From an uncultured Thermoleophilia bacterium (GTDB taxonomy: Bacteria > Actinomycetota > Thermoleophilia > UBA2241), in assembly GCA_963702475.1 (NCBI GenBank), contig CAVPCT010000005.1, forward strand, positions 672,001 through 736,000: a stretch of DNA of 64,000 nucleotides, given 5' to 3'. A model generated the notes under the pieces. It was not told the DNA's origin, searched no databases, and saw only the letters and a program-made list of their open reading frames with translations. The stretch's first letter is position 1, and each line of letters opens with the position of its first letter. The translations under genes and the position numbers were made by a program. Shown here in pieces: positions 1 through 8,826 of this stretch.

Positions 1-951
1 TCGACGCGCTCGGCGTACGCCGCGAGGAGCTGGTCGCGCAGGTGCCCCTCCTCTACGCCGGCGCGAAGCCGGCCGGCGCCGCGGCTCAAGCGGGCCGAGG
101 CCGCCGGCGGCTCTTGCCGGGCGCGGAGGGACGGGTGGGGGTCGACGGAGGCTCTGCAGGGCCGCCGTCAGGCAGCCCGAAAGGAGCGGAGCGCCCTCCG
201 GAGACCCCCACCCGGCCCGCAGCGTCCGGCTTCGGCGAGGCCGCCGGCGGCCTCGGCCTCGATCAGCCGCGGCTCGCCCTGGACGAGCAGTTCGCCCCCC
301 TCGCCTTTCTGCCGGACTGGCCGGCGCAGCGGCGCGTCAGCATCGAGCTCGAGCTGCTCGGGCTCAACGTCACCGCCCATCCGCTGCGCTTCGTGCGCGA
401 GCAGGTCAAGGCGCTCGGGGTCACGCCGGTGGCGCGCCTGCCGCAGGTGCCGCACGGGCGGCGGGTGCGCCTGGCCGGCGTGCTCGAGCGCGCCCAGATG
501 CCCTGGATCCGCAGCGGCCACCGCACCATGTTCCTCACCATCGAGGACGAGACCGAGCTTGGGGCAGGTGGTGGTCTTCAACGACGTCTACCTCAGGTAC
601 GGACGCGTGCTCAAGAGCGCCGTCTATCTGTTGATCGAGGGCGAGCTGCAGAACGACGAGGAGCACGGTCTCGCCGTGGTGGCGCACCGCATCATGGACC
701 TCACAGAGGTGCTGGGACGGGGCGGCGTGCTGCCGACGGGGGGGCGCCGCCACGAGCCGGCGGCGGGCGCCGAAGGCGCCGGCGGTACCCCAGCCGCAGA
801 CGGCTTCCCACCCGGGGCCTGGTCGCCGATTGCGACCGCCGGCCCCCACGCGGGAGCTCCGTCTGTCCCCGGCGGTCTCACCTCCCGGCGACCCGACGCC
901 TGGGAGTTGCCTGCGGTGGAGCCGCGCACACGGCCGGGCCGCACGGGCTGA
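1..951 (+). CDS. dnaE2: C-terminal part of a DNA polymerase III alpha-like subunit, probably error-prone DnaE2; starts before the window; 1-nt frameshift near 558-564
   Basis: ELELLGLNVTAHPL and the OB-fold segment VRLAGV..FLTIEDE continue in another frame as GQVVVFNDVY..LLIEGELQ..VVAHRIMDL; the break is at cttgggg. Confidence 0.75.
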   Translation, partial: STRSAYAARSWSRRCPSSTPARSRPAPRLKRAEAAGGSCRARRDGWGSTEALQGRRQAARKERSALRRPPPGPQRPASARPPAASASISRGSPWTSSSPPSPFCRTGRRSGASASSSSCSGSTSPPIRCASCASRSRRSGSRRWRACRRCRTGGGCAWPACSSAPRCPGSAAATAPCSSPSRTRPSLGQVVVFNDVYLRYGRVLKSAVYLLIEGELQNDEEHGLAVVAHRIMDLTEVLGRGGVLPTGGRRHEPAAGAEGAGGTPAADGFPPGAWSPIATAGPHAGAPSVPGGLTSRRPDAWELPAVEPRTRPGRTG

Positions 952-1060
952 GACATCCGACGCCGGACCGCCTGCTGCCAGGGCGCCCAAGGCGAAGGCC
1001 CGCCGCGACGCACGAGAGTGGCGCCGGTGAAGACTCGCCTCGTCGCCGCCGCGCAGCCGC

Positions 1061-1513
1061 TCACCCGCCGCCGGATCCCAGCACGCGCATCACCGCCGTC
1101 CCGCCCAACGCTACAGCCAGAGCAAGGACGGTCGTCCACACCGCTGCCCCCACGCCGAGCCACAACACCAGCCGGCGACGCTGGGCACCGAGAGCGACGC
1201 CGATAGCCGCCGCCAGCCCCGTACCGACAAGAAGCGGGGCGAGCAGGCCCCATCCGATCACACCGTAACGGTCCCACACACGCCGCAGCCGCCCGCCCTC
1301 CCGCACTCCGCCGCGTCTGAAGCGGCGCACGAGCCAGGTGCGGAACCTGTCGCCGGCGAGCACGATCACGGCGATGCCGAGCAGGGCGCCGACCAGAGCG
1401 GCGGCCCAGACGAGCAGGACTGGAAGCCCCATGACCACCCCTGCCGGGACGGCTGCGTAGAACGACACGACGCCGATGCCGACGGTGACCAGGACCTGCA
1501 GGACGACGCTCAC
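1061..1513 (-). CDS. Small multi-pass membrane protein (small multidrug export-like family)
   Basis: About four hydrophobic segments; RYGVIGWGLLAPLLVGT pattern; directly downstream of the kinase gene. Confidence 0.6.
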   Translation of the reverse strand: MSVVLQVLVTVGIGVVSFYAAVPAGVVMGLPVLLVWAAALVGALLGIAVIVLAGDRFRTWLVRRFRRGGVREGGRLRRVWDRYGVIGWGLLAPLLVGTGLAAAIGVALGAQRRRLVLWLGVGAAVWTTVLALAVALGGTAVMRVLGSGGG

Positions 1514-1515
1514 GC

Positions 1516-3447
1516 TCAGAACACCGCCACCTCGATGATCACCTCGTCGCCCTTGCGCAACCGCTCCCCGGCCACCGGGTCCTGCCCGACCACGTCCCCG
1601 GGGTAGTGACCCCAGCCGGCGACGTAGTCCGTCGACACCACGAAGCCTTCACCCTCGAGCACCGCCTTCGCGTCCCCGGAGGTCAGCCCGACCACGTCGG
1701 GCACCGTGACCATGGGCGGCCCGCTGCTCACCCAGTACGTCACCGTGTCCCCGCGGGTCACCGTCGTCCCGCCCTCCGGTTCCTGCCGGTAGACCTTGCC
1801 CTTGGTCGCCGACAGCGTCGCGGACCGGCGCTTGCGCGGAGTGAGCTGGGCCTTCTCGAGTTCCGCTCTGGCCTCTTTCGCGGTGAGGCCGGCGAGCACC
1901 GGCGCGGGGATGTGCAGCGGCCCCTTGCTCACCCACAGGTCGATCTGCACGCCCTCCTCCACCGAACTGCCGGCCTTAGGGCGCTGCCTCGCCACGGCGC
2001 CGGCATCCACGCGATCGCTCCACACGTAGTGGGTCACCGTGGTGAACCCGGCGGAGCGCAGGGAGTCGGCCGCAAGCGCCGCGTCTTCCCCGAGCACGCT
2101 CGGCACCGAGGCGCTGCCGTCCAGCACGTAGGCGTACACGGCCCATCCGGCGCCCCCGGCGGCGGCGAGGAGCAGCACGACGAGGATCCAGCGGAGCGTG
2201 TGCCGTCCGCGCGGCCGGACGGCGGGCTGCACCGCGGCCGGACCGGCGGCGGACGCACGGCGATCCTCCGGGCGCAGCTGACGTGTGCGCGCGTCGGCCG
2301 CGACGGCGGTGGCGGTCTGCACGGCCGGCGCGGAGGACGCGGACGCAGGCCCGGACGCGCGGGCACTCGTACCCGCACCCGGAGCGCCACTCCCGCCGGC
2401 GCCGGTGCCGACGGCCGCCGGCGACGCGGCCGGACCGGCGCCCGTGGCCGTGCCGGCCCCGGCGAAGGCGCCCCTGCCGGGCGCAGAGCCGGGCGCCGGC
2501 GCGACGCGGCTCCCGGTCGCGCCGGCGCCGGTCGAGCCCGTGCCGGTCGTGCCCGCAGAGGCGGTCGCCGCGCCGGCCGCCTGGATGCGGCGCCGGGCGC
2601 CGGCGGCCCTCGCGGCGCGCAGGGCGTCGGCGAACTCGGCGGCGCTCTGGTAGCGGTCCTCCGGACGCTTGCAGAGAGCCCGCATGACCACCGCGGCGTA
2701 CGCCTCGGGCACGCCTTCGGCCACCGAGCGTGGGTTGGGCGGCGCCACCGACACGTGCTGCAGCGCCACGGCCACGTCGTTCTCACCGCGGAAGGGCGGG
2801 CGGCCGGTGAGCATCTGATAGAGGACCACGCCGAGGCTGTACAGGTCGGAGCGCTCGTCGGCCGGCTTGCCCTGCGCCTGCTCGGGCGAGACGTACGACG
2901 TCGTGCCGAGCATCGCCCCGCTGCGGGTGAGAGCCGACTCGCCCACACGGGCGATGCCGAAGTCGGTGACCTTGACGGCGCCGTGCTCGTCGATCAGGAC
3001 GTTCGCCGGCGTGATGTCGCGGTGCACGATGTGCTGCTCGTGGGCGGCGCGCAACGCACTCAAGACGGCCAGTGCCAGGGCCGCCGCCTCGTCCGGCTCG
3101 AGCCGCCCCTCGCGCTTCAAACGCTGCTTGAGACTCTCACCGCCCACGTACTCCATCACGATGTACGGCGATCCGCCGGCGCGACCGCGGTCGTACACGG
3201 CCACGATGGCACGGTGGTTGAGGCTGGCGGCCGCCTGGGCCTCGATGCGGAACCGCTCGACGAACTCCTGGTCGGCGGCCAGGGACGACTTGAGCACCTT
3301 GACGGCGACGAGCCTGCCCAAGCTCTCGTCGCGGGCGAGGTAGACGTCGGCCATGCCGCCGCTGCCGAGGCGTGAGAGCATGCGGTAGCGCCCGTCGAGC
3401 GGCGAAGTCAAGGGAAGCCCGGTGTCACCGTGTGCGTTTTGGTCCAT
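1516..3447 (-). CDS. pknB: PASTA-domain Ser/Thr protein kinase (PknB/Stk1 family)
   Basis: LGSGGMADVY, VAVK, HRDITPANV, DFGIA motifs; Ala/Gly-rich linker; TM helix; three PASTA-like repeats (VPSVLG, APVLAG, VPDVVG). Confidence 0.92.
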   Translation of the reverse strand: MDQNAHGDTGLPLTSPLDGRYRMLSRLGSGGMADVYLARDESLGRLVAVKVLKSSLAADQEFVERFRIEAQAAASLNHRAIVAVYDRGRAGGSPYIVMEYVGGESLKQRLKREGRLEPDEAAALALAVLSALRAAHEQHIVHRDITPANVLIDEHGAVKVTDFGIARVGESALTRSGAMLGTTSYVSPEQAQGKPADERSDLYSLGVVLYQMLTGRPPFRGENDVAVALQHVSVAPPNPRSVAEGVPEAYAAVVMRALCKRPEDRYQSAAEFADALRAARAAGARRRIQAAGAATASAGTTGTGSTGAGATGSRVAPAPGSAPGRGAFAGAGTATGAGPAASPAAVGTGAGGSGAPGAGTSARASGPASASSAPAVQTATAVAADARTRQLRPEDRRASAAGPAAVQPAVRPRGRHTLRWILVVLLLAAAGGAGWAVYAYVLDGSASVPSVLGEDAALAADSLRSAGFTTVTHYVWSDRVDAGAVARQRPKAGSSVEEGVQIDLWVSKGPLHIPAPVLAGLTAKEARAELEKAQLTPRKRRSATLSATKGKVYRQEPEGGTTVTRGDTVTYWVSSGPPMVTVPDVVGLTSGDAKAVLEGEGFVVSTDYVAGWGHYPGDVVGQDPVAGERLRKGDEVIIEVAVF

Positions 3448-3666
3448 CGAGGCGGCCGGCGCGGCGCCCGCCGGGTGGGCCCGAGGCGACGAGCCCGGCC
3501 CGCCAGACCTCCGCCCGGGTCGAGGCGTCGGGACATCCAGTGTAAACGAGCGCCGTGATGGTGTCGTCCCGGCGGCTTGAGCCGCTGTGCAGGGACGCCG
3601 GCGAGGCCCGCGGAGTTCGGTTCGGGCGGGCGCCGGCGGCGACCGTGAGGGCCGGCGCCATCCCGA

Positions 3667-5298
3667 CTACCCGCTCTGCCGCTCGGCCAGGATCTGCAGG
3701 GCCTCCAGCTCGTCACGCTCGAACCAGTAGAGGTCGCAGATGCTGCAGTAGTCCACCTCGACGGCGTGCTCGTAGCTGAAGTGGCGTCGCACCATGGCCC
3801 TGCCGCACCGCGGACAGGGGAGCAGGGCCGTCTGCGGCCGCCCGCGCGCGTGCACGGCGGTCCGCCGCAGTTCGTCGCCGCTGACGGAGAGCAGGTCGGC
3901 CAGCCTCTCCTGGTCGGGAGTGAACGCCGCCTCGCGGCGAGCGAGCATCTTCGCCACCTCGTCCGGCGTCACAAGGCGCCCGCCGCACGAGGGGCACACC
4001 GTGACCCGCAGACCCTCGTAGTCGGCGAGGGCGAGCGGCGCGGCGCAGGAGGGGCAGGACGCCGCGCGCCCGCTCGCTGTGGACGGCGTGCCGCGACCGC
4101 CCCCCGCCGAGGCCGCGCCGAGCGGGGCGGCCACGTGGACCGGCACCAGCGGCGCCACGGGCGGCGCGGGACGCCCTTCGGCCGCCCGCGCCGCCCCGGC
4201 CGCGGCGCGGCCCGCGTCGGCGAGGCTGACATGGCGGCCGGCGCCGCCGGCCGCCGGGGCGGGCGCCCAGTGCTCGCGTGCCCCGAACCTCTCCGAGGCG
4301 GCGTCCACTTGACGGGCGAACTCCTGGGGCGAGGCGGCGGCCAGCGTCAGCAGCGCGTCGACCCGCTCGCTCAGCGGCGGGTGCGTGCTCGTCCAGCCGC
4401 GCGAGCCCCCCTCCACCGTGTCCCGGATGCACAGCGGCGCGAGGCCCTCGGGGATGTAGCCGACGCCACCGGGATGACGGCTGATGATGCGCAGCGCCTC
4501 GGCCAGGCTCAGCGGGTCGCGCGTGTACAAGGCCGCCGCCACGTCGGCTTGCCGCTCGCGCGCGCGGCTCAGGGCGGCCGACATGACGGAGGACGCCAGT
4601 TGCACCACCCAGAGCCAGGCGCGCACGCCGACCGCCCCTATCGCCACCGGCGCGGCACGCGTGCCGGCCGCGCCGACGGCGGTCTGCTCCAGACTCTCAC
4701 CGAGCGTCGAGTAGATGCCGAAGAGCAGGCACGAGACCGTGACCGTGACGTACGTCCCGGAAAGTACATGCGCGAGCTCGTGCGCCACCACTCCCTGGAG
4801 CTGCTGGCGCGACAGCCGCGCGAGCGCGCCCTCGGTGACCCCGATGACGCCCCCGCCGTGCAGGTCGCTGAACGCGAACGCGTTCAGGCCCAGCGTTCTC
4901 ACGGTCACGCACTCGACGCGCGGCGACCCCGTGGCGATGCGCATCTCCTCCACGACGTTGGCGAGCCGCTGGTGATACCGGTCCCCAGGATCGAGCGGCG
5001 CGCAGTGCATGGCCCGCAGCAGGCGGTCTCTGGCCCCCAGCTGAGCCGCGAACCAGTAGAGCATCGAGGCCGCCGCGGAGATCCCGAAGATCAGCCCCAC
5101 ACCCCGCAGCGTGAACACCCAGCTCACGGTGTCGACGAGCGGGAAGCTGACATAGAACGCCACCGTGACGATGAGGCAGAGCACCCACACCGAGGCGAAG
5201 ACCAGCGCCAGCAGCAGCGCGAACAGCAGCCAGATCCGCCAGCGCCTCTCGCGCTCGATGTCGAAGGGAGAGCGCCGCTGCTCCACCGAGGTGCTCAC
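3667..5298 (-). CDS. htpX: M48 (HtpX-like) membrane zinc metalloprotease with C-terminal zinc-ribbon domains
   Basis: NAFA, HELAH, SRARERQAD, THPPLSER; C-terminal CPSC/CPSC and CPRC/CSIC pairs. Confidence 0.85.
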   Translation of the reverse strand: MSTSVEQRRSPFDIERERRWRIWLLFALLLALVFASVWVLCLIVTVAFYVSFPLVDTVSWVFTLRGVGLIFGISAAASMLYWFAAQLGARDRLLRAMHCAPLDPGDRYHQRLANVVEEMRIATGSPRVECVTVRTLGLNAFAFSDLHGGGVIGVTEGALARLSRQQLQGVVAHELAHVLSGTYVTVTVSCLLFGIYSTLGESLEQTAVGAAGTRAAPVAIGAVGVRAWLWVVQLASSVMSAALSRARERQADVAAALYTRDPLSLAEALRIISRHPGGVGYIPEGLAPLCIRDTVEGGSRGWTSTHPPLSERVDALLTLAAASPQEFARQVDAASERFGAREHWAPAPAAGGAGRHVSLADAGRAAAGAARAAEGRPAPPVAPLVPVHVAAPLGAASAGGGRGTPSTASGRAASCPSCAAPLALADYEGLRVTVCPSCGGRLVTPDEVAKMLARREAAFTPDQERLADLLSVSGDELRRTAVHARGRPQTALLPCPRCGRAMVRRHFSYEHAVEVDYCSICDLYWFERDELEALQILAERQSG

Positions 5299-5362
5299 CT
5301 CCGGGCCGTCCGCGGCTTCACGTTCATTAACACTACGGAGATGGTTTCAACTACGTCAGCGA

Positions 5363-5371
5363 TGGTAATAT
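5363..5371 (+). promoter_or_regulatory. Extended -10 promoter (TGnTAATAT) facing the hairpin array
   Basis: tggtaatat in an AT-rich patch, 7 nt before the first stem. Confidence 0.5.
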
Positions 5372-5378
5372 ACCGCCT

Positions 5379-5524
5379 GCGTGGTGGAGTCCCCCTCCAC
5401 ATATCCCTCCACCGCGCTGGTACTCCCAAGTACCACCCCATGGCTCCTTTCACAAGCCCCTCTCCCCGAGGGGCTGCCCGGAAACGGGCGCGGGACGGCG
5501 GCGCGACAGCGCCGCCGTCCCGCG
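5379..5524 (+). ncRNA. Candidate small RNA with several C-rich (UCCC) loop hairpins
   Basis: Five consecutive stems, C-rich loops, a GAAA tetraloop and a G-U pair that works only on the plus strand; opposite orientation to both neighbouring genes. Confidence 0.55.
5489..5524. terminator. 16-bp GC hairpin, probably a terminator
   Basis: cgcgggacggcggcgc-gaca-gcgccgccgtcccgcg is a perfect inverted repeat just after the GATase stop. Confidence 0.65.
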
Positions 5525-5545
5525 TACGGGGCCGTGTCCTGAGGC

Positions 5546-6259
5546 TCAGCCCTTCGGCAGCAGGCCGCAGTGGACGACGAAGTTCTCCGTGATCCTGTGA
5601 CACAGCCGGGCGTTGGCGTCGAGATTGTCCTCCGTGTCCGTGCGCAGCTTCTCGAGCCACGCCGCGTCCACGTGCTTGAGGTTCCTCGCCGCGTCGTCCA
5701 CCCAGTGTGGGGCGATGGCGGCGTCGATCTCCGGATGGAACTGCGTCGCCCAGGCGTTGCCGCCGGCGCGGAAGGCCTGCACGGCGACGTCGCTGCCGGC
5801 CACGAGGTGCGAGGTGGTGGGCACCTTGCACGCGTACTCATGCCAGCTGAAGACCGTGAACGGCGACGAGATGTCGTGCAGCAGCGCGTCGTCGCTCGCC
5901 TTCTCCACCGACACCCAGCCGACCTCAGGCGCCTTGAGCCTGAAGACGTCGCCGCCCGCAGCCTCGCATACGAGTTGCGCTCCCAGGCACACCCCCCACA
6001 CCGCCCCTCCCTCGTGGATGACGTGGCGAAGGAGCCTGACCTCGTCGGCGAGGAAGGGGAACTGGTGCGCTTGATGGGTGTGCATCGCGCCGCCGAGCGA
6101 GATGAGACCGGCGGCCTCACCGGGCCAGGCCGGCAGGGCGTCACCGTCGTAGAGGCGGCGGACTTCGAACGGGACGCCGAGCGCGGTGAGAGCAGTGGCG
6201 ATGCCGGCGGGCGGATCGTTGGCGTCGTGCTGCAAGATGACGAGAGGTTTGGCGCTCAC
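5546..6259 (-). CDS. Type 1 glutamine amidotransferase (GMP-synthase glutaminase-like)
   Basis: SLGG, GVCLGAQL nucleophile elbow, QFHPE; GTG start after aaggag. Confidence 0.85.
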   Translation of the reverse strand: MSAKPLVILQHDANDPPAGIATALTALGVPFEVRRLYDGDALPAWPGEAAGLISLGGAMHTHQAHQFPFLADEVRLLRHVIHEGGAVWGVCLGAQLVCEAAGGDVFRLKAPEVGWVSVEKASDDALLHDISSPFTVFSWHEYACKVPTTSHLVAGSDVAVQAFRAGGNAWATQFHPEIDAAIAPHWVDDAARNLKHVDAAWLEKLRTDTEDNLDANARLCHRITENFVVHCGLLPKG

Positions 6260-6381
6260 GCGAGACTCCTTCTTCCGGTCCTTTGAGTATACCGCGCGCG
6301 CCGGCAGGCGACCTTGCCCCGACGGCCGGACGTCTGCCAGACTCGGCCCATGACCAGACCGCACACCACACGAGTCACTTC

Positions 6382-7236
6382 GTGAGCGCCCCCGCGGCGG
6401 ATGCGCCCGCCGTCGAGGTCGTCTCGGCCGGCAACGAGGTCCTCATCGGCGACGTGCTCGATACGAACACCAACTGGCTGTGCGTGAAGGTCACCGGCCT
6501 CGGCGGCCTCGTGCGGCGCACCGTGATGCTGCGCGACGAAGTGGCGACCATCGCGGCCGAGGTCCGCGGCGCCGTGTCCCGGGGACCTGCCCTGGTGTTC
6601 ACGGTCGGCGGGCTCGGGCCCACGGCCGACGACCGCACCCTCCAGGGCGTGGCGCTCGGTCTCGGGACGACGCTCGTGCTGCACCCGGAGGCCGAGCGGA
6701 TGATCGCCGCAAAATACGGGGAGTTCTACGCCTCGGGTCACGTGCCGTTCCCCGAGATGACCGAGAGCCGCCGCAAGATGGCTCGGCTCCCGGCCGGGGC
6801 GGAGCCGATCGTGAACCCGATCGGCGGGGCCCCGGGCGTGCTCTGCCGCGCCGGCGCCACGTGCGTCGTTTCGCTGCCCGGCGTGCCGGGCGAGCTGAAG
6901 GCGATCGTGGACGGGCCGCTCACGGGGCTGCTCGCCGAGGTGTTCGGCGTGGCGCACTACGAGGAGCGCTCGCTCACGGTCGAGCTTCAGGACGAGTCGG
7001 CGATCGCCGACCTGCTGCGCCACGCCGAAGGCGACCACCCGCGCGTGTACGTGAAGTCGCGCGCCAAGGTCATCGGCAGCGTCCGCGCGCTGCAGATCAC
7101 CGTGAGCGCGCGCGCTACCAGCGCCGGCGAGGTGGACGACCTGCTGGAGGCAGTGACGGAGCAGCTGCTCTCGGGCATCGGCGCGGCCGGCTACGCCGTG
7201 CGCCGCACGCCCGGGAGCCGGACGACTGACCGCTGA
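6382..7236 (+). CDS. CinA N-terminal/molybdopterin-binding domain protein (no C-terminal NMN deamidase domain)
   Basis: GNEVLIGDVLDTNT, GGLGPTADDRT, LPGVPGEL; start uncertain. Confidence 0.8.
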   Translation: MSAPAADAPAVEVVSAGNEVLIGDVLDTNTNWLCVKVTGLGGLVRRTVMLRDEVATIAAEVRGAVSRGPALVFTVGGLGPTADDRTLQGVALGLGTTLVLHPEAERMIAAKYGEFYASGHVPFPEMTESRRKMARLPAGAEPIVNPIGGAPGVLCRAGATCVVSLPGVPGELKAIVDGPLTGLLAEVFGVAHYEERSLTVELQDESAIADLLRHAEGDHPRVYVKSRAKVIGSVRALQITVSARATSAGEVDDLLEAVTEQLLSGIGAAGYAVRRTPGSRTTDR

Positions 7237-7358
7237 AGGCGGCGCAGCCGTCGGAAGCGGGTCACTGTGCGGTGCGCCGTCAGGCACACCACACTGAGCG
7301 CCGCCGCCTGACCGCCGCGCCGGCCCGCGCGAGGCGGCCCGCGCCGCCGCGGCGGCCC

Positions 7359-8699
7359 TCAGCCCAGGTGGTCCTCGATGAAGTGCGTGTTGACGTCCCC
7401 GGCCACGAACAGCGGGTGCTCGAGCACCAGGCGGTGGAAGGGGATCACCGTCTTGATACCCTCGACGATGAACTGCTCGAGCGCCCAGCGCGAGCGCGCC
7501 AGGCACTCCGTCCGGTCGCGGCCCCACACGACGAGCTTGCCGAGCAGGCTGTCGTAGTACGGCGGCACCATGTACCCCTGGTACACGTGGCTGTCGAAGC
7601 GCACCCACGGTCCCCCGGGCGGGTTCCAGCGGTCGACCACGCCCGGCGACGGCATGAAGTTCTCGGCGGGGTCCTCGGCGTTGATGCGGAACTCGATGGC
7701 GTGGCCCTGCACGCGCACGTCATCCTGGCGGATGGGCAGGCCCTCGCCGGCGGCGATGGCGATGCCGGTCTTGACGATGTCGACGCCGGTGACCATCTCG
7801 GTGACGCAGTGCTCGACCTGCACGCGCGTGTTCATCTCCATGAAGTAGAAGCTGCCGTCCTGGTCGAGCAGGAACTCGACCGTGCCGGCGCCCTCGTAGT
7901 GCGCGGCGACGGCGGCGGCCACGGCCGCGCCGCCCATCTGGGCACGCAGCTCGGGGCCCACGGCCGGGGAGGGCGCCTCCTCGATGAGCTTCTGGTGGCG
8001 CCGCTGGATCGAGCAGTCGCGCTCGCCGAGGTGGATGCCGTGACCCTTGCCGTCGGCGAGCACCTGGATCTCGATGTGGCGCGGCGCCCCGATGTACTTC
8101 TCCACGTACACGGCGCCGTTGCCGAACGCCGCCTCAGCCTCGGCCTGCGCCTGGCGCACGGCGGCCGGCAGCTCGTCGGCGGTCTTCACGATGCGGATGC
8201 CCTTGCCGCCGCCGCCGGCGGACGCCTTGACCATCACCGGCAGGCCGATGCGACGCGCGACCTGCTCGGCCTCGGCGGCGTCGTCGATGATGCCCTCGGA
8301 GCCCGGCGTGACGGGCACACCGGCGGCGGTCATGGTGGACCGCGCCGCCGCCTTGTCGCCCATCATGTCGATGGACTCGGGCGACGGCCCGATGAACTTG
8401 ATGCCGTGCTCCCGGCAGAGCGCCGAGAACGCCGCCCGTTCGGCCAGGAACCCGTAGCCGGGATGGATGGCCTGCGCCCCGGTCTGCAGGGCGGCCTGCA
8501 CCAGCGCCGGCATGACCAGGTAGCTCTGCGCGGCCGGCGGCGGACCGATGCACACAGCCTCGTCCGCGTAGCGCACGTGCAGGCACGTGGCGTCGGCCTC
8601 CGAGTACACGGCGACCGTCTGCACGCCGAGCTCCTTGCAGGCGCGGATGACGCGGATGGCGATCTCGCCGCGATTGGCGATGAGGACTTTGGCGAACAT
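7359..8699 (-). CDS. accC: Biotin carboxylase subunit
   Basis: [56 protein letters not shown]. Confidence 0.95.
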   Translation of the reverse strand: MFAKVLIANRGEIAIRVIRACKELGVQTVAVYSEADATCLHVRYADEAVCIGPPPAAQSYLVMPALVQAALQTGAQAIHPGYGFLAERAAFSALCREHGIKFIGPSPESIDMMGDKAAARSTMTAAGVPVTPGSEGIIDDAAEAEQVARRIGLPVMVKASAGGGGKGIRIVKTADELPAAVRQAQAEAEAAFGNGAVYVEKYIGAPRHIEIQVLADGKGHGIHLGERDCSIQRRHQKLIEEAPSPAVGPELRAQMGGAAVAAAVAAHYEGAGTVEFLLDQDGSFYFMEMNTRVQVEHCVTEMVTGVDIVKTGIAIAAGEGLPIRQDDVRVQGHAIEFRINAEDPAENFMPSPGVVDRWNPPGGPWVRFDSHVYQGYMVPPYYDSLLGKLVVWGRDRTECLARSRWALEQFIVEGIKTVIPFHRLVLEHPLFVAGDVNTHFIEDHLG

Positions 8700-8826
8700 G
8701 AGTCCCGGGAGTATAGCAGCGCCGCGAGCGGCCGTTCGGAGGCCGCGGAGGCGGCGAAGTTGTCAACTACCGGGGCTCACGGGCCGATAGGCTAGACTAG
8801 CCGGGAAGCCGAGAGGGAGGTCCTCC

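Noticed and set aside
2200-2620. Ala/Gly/Pro-rich low-complexity stretches in pknB (also htpX, the ECF tail and the ispE C-terminus)
   Set aside because: In-frame linkers typical of very GC-rich genomes; no defined repeat unit or mobile-element ends
5379-5524. Assignment to 6C RNA or to a c-di-GMP/other known riboswitch
   Set aside because: The loops lack six-C runs in a two-hairpin layout, no aptamer consensus was recognised, and the favoured strand has no downstream gene
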